Assembly: GCA_002104945.1 (NCBI GenBank)
Contig: MCFH01000034.1
Coordinates: 124,001 to 188,000 of the forward strand
Direction of reading: 5' to 3'
DNA length: 64,000 nucleotides
Source of the DNA: Piromyces finnis finn
Taxonomy: Eukaryota; Fungi; Neocallimastigomycota
Below, piece by piece: positions 62,701 through 64,000 of the stretch. Position 1 is the first letter of the stretch, and each line of letters begins with the position of its first letter. The notes below the pieces were generated by a model. It made no database searches, was not told the origin of the DNA, and saw nothing but the letters and a program-made list of their open reading frames with translations. A program made the translations under genes and the position numbers.

Positions 62701-63921
62701 GAAGATAAATCTCTTAGTGTTCAAGATATTTTAAAGAAAGAAATTCGTAGAATGTTAATGTACAATGAAGATGATGAAATTGACGAAATGCAACCACTTT
62801 CTGAATTAGGTATGGATTCTATTATGATGATGGAATTCCGCCAAGTTATTAAAGCTGTCACTGATATTATGATTCCACTTTCTATTATTTCTTCACCAAA
62901 TGTTTATCTTTCTAAGATTTACCAATACCTTAATAATAAGGCTGGTAGTGATATTACAGGTGGAAGTAAAACTCAAAAAAGTATGAGTAGTTCTTCTGTA
63001 AGTGAAAAAAAGAAATCCAGTGTTGTTGCTAAGAGAGAAGAACTTAAGGCAAAAAGAGCTCAGAAAAAATCTAAAGCCGCATCTTCAAATGAAATTGAAG
63101 AAGGCATGAAAGATTATGGTGAATGGCTTATTCGTTTAGATACTAATAATAATATTACTAACTCATTCTTCCTTTTCCCAGCTGCTGGTAGTTCTATCAG
63201 TATGTATGGTAATTGGAACAGTTACATGAAAAACTCAGCCTTATTTGGTGTTAGTTATCCAGGTCATTTAGTACGTTTAGATGAAACTCCAATTGATGAC
63301 TTAAAGACTTTAGTTAGTGCTATTGCTAAAGAAATTATGGAAAATATTAAGAATGGTAATATTCCAAAGGATCAACCACTTTACTGTTTTGGTCACTCCT
63401 TAGGTGCTCTTGTTTCATATGAAGTTGTAATGCTTCTTCAAAATGAAAGAAAGAATGGTAATCCAAATGCCCCAGTCTTTGCTGGTCTTATTGTAAGTGC
63501 ATCTCCAGCTCCAATTTATCCAAGACCAATTCCTCTTCGTAAGGTTAATGGTAAACCAATTCACTTTACTGATTTATCACCAGAACAATTCCCAGAAGAA
63601 TTAGCTATTCTTGGTGGAGCTAACAAAGAAAGTTTACAAAGTAAACAATTCCAGAAGTTAATACCATCTATTGCAGCTGATTTCAAAATTACTGATAATT
63701 ACAAACGTATTACTGATAAGGATCATCAATTAGAATGTCCATTATATGATATTGGTGGTGTTTCTGATCCAATGGTTAACCCAGATTCTAGAAAGAATTG
63801 GGAACTTGAAGTAACTGAAGAAACTCCATTAGTTCGTATTACTTTTGAAGGTGGTCATTGGTTTATTCAAGAAAATATGGAATCTGTTCTTGAACGTTTA
63901 AAGAAGGAACTTAAACTTTAA
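56723..63921 (+). CDS. Type I polyketide synthase, ~2323 aa: ACP-like(no Ser)-KS-AT-DH-KR-ACP-TE (2 exons)
   Basis: Exon 1 56723-57561, GT-AG intron 57562-57788, exon 2 57789-63921; splicing restores DTACSS. KS HGTGT and NIGH. AT GHSLG (59146-59160) and EAFH. DH H-x8-P (60301) and LDACIH. KR TGGLG, AGTNDD, NYTAAN. ACP LGMDS (62809-62820). TE FPAAG, GHSLG (63391-63405), GGHWF. No ER or MT motifs recognised. Confidence 0.95.
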
Positions 63922-64000
63922 ATAAAATTATTATAATTCATACATAATCTATTATTAAACTATCAACTATTAATTAATATTTAAAACCAATTTCAAAATA

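Noticed and set aside
57051-62734. Small ORFs overlapping the PKS
   Set aside because: Alternative-frame or antisense shadows with no recognisable motifs.

Overview
Very AT-rich eukaryotic DNA, almost certainly from an anaerobic gut fungus (Neocallimastigomycota); this is inferred from composition, short AT-rich GT-AG introns and CelA-type CBM1-GH6 cellulases. Left third: 5' part of cohesin SMC3 (8 exons, minus strand), a CAP/SCP-domain single-pass membrane protein with a long Ser/Arg-rich tail, an AN1 zinc-finger gene, a BAP31-like gene, a decayed 18S rRNA 5' fragment beside a ~475-bp (TTA)n tract, and a small MITE-like family. Middle: three CBM1-GH6 paralogues (one plus, two minus) bracket a pile-up of non-LTR retrotransposons. 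These are one full-length intact single-ORF LINE (13-bp TSD, poly-A, tandem hairpin-rich 5' monomers, RRM-like N-terminus + APE + RT + CCHC), a frameshifted near-identical second copy with a patchwork 5' junction, a truncated second LINE family, and inverted 3' fragments, one of which supplies the stop codon of a decayed PI-PLC-like gene. Right: ~10 kb nearly gene-free, with a candidate SINE and a Sel1-like remnant, then a two-exon ~2323-aa type I PKS with the unusual order Ser-less ACP-like, KS, AT, DH, KR, ACP, type-II-like TE. All calls come from manual reading and translation; no searches were run.
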